From an archaeon (lineage in GTDB: Archaea; Nanobdellota; Nanobdellia; Pacearchaeales; GW2011-AR1): a DNA stretch of 64,000 bases. The stretch is from positions 9,861 through 73,860 of the forward strand of contig JBDRCQ010000003.1 of assembly GCA_043821585.1 (NCBI GenBank), read 5' to 3'. Positions within the stretch are counted from its first letter, which is position 1. Each line of letters begins with the position of its first letter. The notes beneath the pieces were generated by a model that was not told the DNA's origin, ran no database searches, and saw only the letters and a program-made list of their open reading frames with translations. Both the position numbers and the translations under genes were made by a program. This document shows, piece after piece, positions 61,881-64,000 of the stretch.

Positions 61881-62446
61881 ATTCAATAAACAAAAAAGGA
61901 CAAGGCGTTTTCGGGATGTCCTTCAGCACAATCTTCTCGATAATAATAATCATATTCATACTTCTAGTCGCTTTTCTAGTCATCAGGCACTTTGCTGATC
62001 TAAGTAAATGCACCAATGTTGGCCTTTACTACGATGATCTAAGGGAAGAAGTCAGAGATGCATGGACAAGTACTTCCGGCAGATATCTAGATGAATTCAC
62101 GGCGAAAGTACCCAAAAAAGGAATGTTTGGTGCAGGCGTAGAATACGTCTGTTTCGGCAACCTTACAGATACACCAACAGACGCAGATTCCACAGATATG
62201 CAAGAATCCTTAGAAAGAGAATACCTCTACGATCCAACCGAAGGTTACAACGTTTTCATGTATCCTCCAGATAACGCCTGCGAATCGAACCTCGGAGCAA
62301 TAGTCCTAAAATGTGGTAGTGCCGATTGCGCAACAACAGACGGAAGGTTCTTCTGCCAGCCAATCGCTGATGACGGAACTGTAAGCGTCTACATGTACAA
62401 ACAACCAACAGAATACAAAATCACTTTAATGCGTAACGCCCCTTAA
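61877..62446 (+). CDS. Putative type IV pilin-like protein (class III signal peptide candidate)
   Basis: 189 aa. NKKGQ is followed by a roughly 25-residue hydrophobic helix (GVFGMSFSTIFSIIIIIFILLVAFLVI), then a Cys-containing ectodomain. It overlaps the Pop5 gene by 4 nt. Confidence 0.45.
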   Translation: MNSINKKGQGVFGMSFSTIFSIIIIIFILLVAFLVIRHFADLSKCTNVGLYYDDLREEVRDAWTSTSGRYLDEFTAKVPKKGMFGAGVEYVCFGNLTDTPTDADSTDMQESLEREYLYDPTEGYNVFMYPPDNACESNLGAIVLKCGSADCATTDGRFFCQPIADDGTVSVYMYKQPTEYKITLMRNAP

Positions 62447-62485
62447 TTTCACAAGTTTTATAAGATTCCCTTGCTTAATTGACAA

Positions 62486-63565
62486 ATGATAAAGAGGTGC
62501 TCGAGGAAGGGCTATGAGTTTAGTTTTGCCTGGATATTCGCCGTTTTTGTGGGTGCAGCAGTAATCTTCTTGGCAATCTACATTGCAACTCAAATTGTAG
62601 GCACAGAACGTTCCGGACGTGACGCAACCGAAGGAAAATCTCTTGGCATCCTTTTAACCCCCATAGAGACCCAAACTGAAGAGGGAAAATTCGCAACGAT
62701 TGTTCTTACAGATGAAACCCGCCTCTACCACGAATGCGAATACCCTGAACCCAACATAAATCCCTTCGGGTCAGATCACTTAAAGGTTTCAGTCAAACCA
62801 ATTTTAGGGGAAAGATGGGACGAAACAGACGCTCCCCAAATAACCTTTCACAACAAATACTTTTTCCCAAGCGCTAAAGAAACAGATCGTCCAGGAGTGT
62901 ATTTCTCTCAAGCAGAAAAAAATTATTACGTTCTTTCCAAACCTCTCTACCTGCCATTCAAGGTAGCAGACCTACTAATCATCTGGAGCGACAAGGAAGA
63001 GTATTGTTTCTTAGATGCGCCTCCTGAGATCAAATCAAGACTAGAACCTCTTGACATGGAAAAAATCTCTTTCCAATCTTCTGGTGGAGACACGTGCGAT
63101 CCCTCAAAACAAAGAATTGTCTGCTTCAATTCAGGGGCGTGCAATGACATAGTAGTTCAAGAGAACAGCGGTATAGTCCAAAAAGAAGGAAAGACGCTCT
63201 ACTTTCTAAAGTCCCAAAAGCACGATCCTTATTCCATGATGTATGCAGCAATTTTCTCCGAGCCAGAAATATATGAATGCCAAGCAGCAAGACTCATGGC
63301 CCATACTTCAAACCTTCTGGACGTATATCACTCAAAATCCCTGTGGGTCGAGCAGCACAGTTCCACGGGGTGCAGCCGCACAACCCAATCAACAATGCTC
63401 AGTTTCAACACACTCGTTTCAACAACCGCTGGGGCGATCACCACAAGCACCACAAGCGACAAAACAGTAACCCTGAGAGACGTAATGCTTTTCATGGAAA
63501 ATCCCGCCACCCGTTTCATCCAACTCGCATCACTAAACGGAGGAACATCCTGTGAACTCTTCTAA
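62486..63565 (+). CDS. Putative pilin-like / N-terminally anchored surface protein
   Basis: 359 aa. SRKG is followed by a hydrophobic helix (YEFSFAWIFAVFVGAAVIFLAIYIA) and a large ectodomain with several Cys and a Thr/Ser-rich patch. Confidence 0.45.
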   Translation: MIKRCSRKGYEFSFAWIFAVFVGAAVIFLAIYIATQIVGTERSGRDATEGKSLGILLTPIETQTEEGKFATIVLTDETRLYHECEYPEPNINPFGSDHLKVSVKPILGERWDETDAPQITFHNKYFFPSAKETDRPGVYFSQAEKNYYVLSKPLYLPFKVADLLIIWSDKEEYCFLDAPPEIKSRLEPLDMEKISFQSSGGDTCDPSKQRIVCFNSGACNDIVVQENSGIVQKEGKTLYFLKSQKHDPYSMMYAAIFSEPEIYECQAARLMAHTSNLLDVYHSKSLWVEQHSSTGCSRTTQSTMLSFNTLVSTTAGAITTSTTSDKTVTLRDVMLFMENPATRFIQLASLNGGTSCELF

Positions 63566-63575
63566 ACGAGCACAA

Positions 63576-64000
63576 ATGAAGATACAGCAGATGGCATTCA
63601 TGCTAGTCGCAATTATGATATTCTTTGCGATGGTCGCAATAGTTTATTTCACAATAGTCTTAGCAAAAGTACAGGGCACTGCAGATGACTTAAGGGAACA
63701 GGAAGCCAAAGAACTCGCCAGACAAATGTCTGGAACTCCAGAACTTACATTCTCACAAGACGGTATTTCATCCTCTTCAACAATAGACTTAGACAAGGCA
63801 TATATTCTAGCAAAAACTGACAATTTTAAAAGAAAGTACTGGAACCTAGACTATCTCATGATAGAACGGATATATCCAGAAACCCCTGCAGGTAAGGAAA
63901 ATTGCCTCCAAACGAACAATTACCCAAATTGTAGAGAATTAGTCCTAATTGATAAAACCGGGGGCAATTATTCCGGAACAATGACCTCCCCAATCGCGTT
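63576..64000 (+). CDS. Putative pilin-like protein, 5-prime partial (runs off window)
   Basis: This ORF is not in the track because it has no stop. My translation is MKIQQMAFMLVAIMIFFAMVAIVYFTIVLAKVQGTADDLREQEAKELARQMSG..., open to position 64000. It has the same short charged N-terminus plus hydrophobic helix design as the two preceding ORFs. Confidence 0.45.
   Translation, partial: MKIQQMAFMLVAIMIFFAMVAIVYFTIVLAKVQGTADDLREQEAKELARQMSGTPELTFSQDGISSSSTIDLDKAYILAKTDNFKRKYWNLDYLMIERIYPETPAGKENCLQTNNYPNCRELVLIDKTGGNYSGTMTSPIA

Noticed and set aside
1-64000. A CRISPR array, rRNA or tRNA genes, or mobile-element boundaries (integrase, transposase, terminal inverted repeats) flanking the glycan island.
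   Set aside because: Reading the intergenic regions showed no regularly spaced direct repeats. No ORF carries integrase or transposase motifs. No cloverleaf-capable sequence appears in spacers longer than 100 nt. Absence by eye is not proof, so tRNAscan, Infernal and a repeat finder should be run.

Overview
This is a compact archaeal window with no rRNA, tRNA, CRISPR array, integrase or transposase that I could recognise. Archaeal markers are AglB/STT3 with a WWDYG motif, RNase P Pop5/Rpp14, prefoldin alpha, an archaea-type ThrRS editing domain, an aIF5A-like ORF, and TATA-like boxes about 25 nt upstream of many starts. Many neighbouring genes overlap by 1-4 nt. The style fits an uncultivated small-genome (DPANN-like) lineage, but this window alone cannot prove that. 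Positions 1-2.7 kb hold secD (preceded by a probable secF 3-prime end), two small membrane proteins and a ferredoxin. Positions ~3-40 kb form a very large, visibly AT-richer glycan-biosynthesis island of about 35 genes. It contains two Wzx-like flippases, GT2/GT4/GT9/GT25-like and GT-C glycosyltransferases, and at least 7 SAM methyltransferases. It also holds one B12-binding radical SAM enzyme and two radical SAM/SPASM paralogs. A GDP-heptose branch consists of an HddC-CBS-HddA fusion plus GmhB and two SDRs. A GDP-mannose branch consists of Gmd, a perosamine-synthase-like aminotransferase and a C-methyltransferase fused to a Gmd-like domain. The island ends in an Alg14/Alg13-like pair, a Dol-P-hexose synthase and an overlapping aglB-aglH-wzx operon. 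Positions 40-64 kb are mostly housekeeping and envelope genes. These include rpiB-rpe, transketolase, a membrane-anchored GDPD, a LolCDE-like ABC set (one ATPase, two FtsX permeases), a NUDIX protein, a Na+/solute symporter and an M64-like metalloprotease. They also include prefoldin alpha, a frame-broken methyltransferase, a free-standing ThrRS editing domain, a HemK/Mtq2-like methyltransferase, RNase J, an HtrA-like protease, Pop5, and three tandem pilin-like ORFs running off the window. The most interesting items are the two sugar-nucleotide enzyme fusions, the bacterial-style heptose chemistry beside a eukaryote-like N-glycosylation core, the stand-alone ThrRS editing domain, an N-domain-only aIF5A-like ORF, and a frame break sitting exactly on a G_GGT_TTG slippery heptamer. 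All family assignments come from motif recognition by eye. No searches or computations were run.
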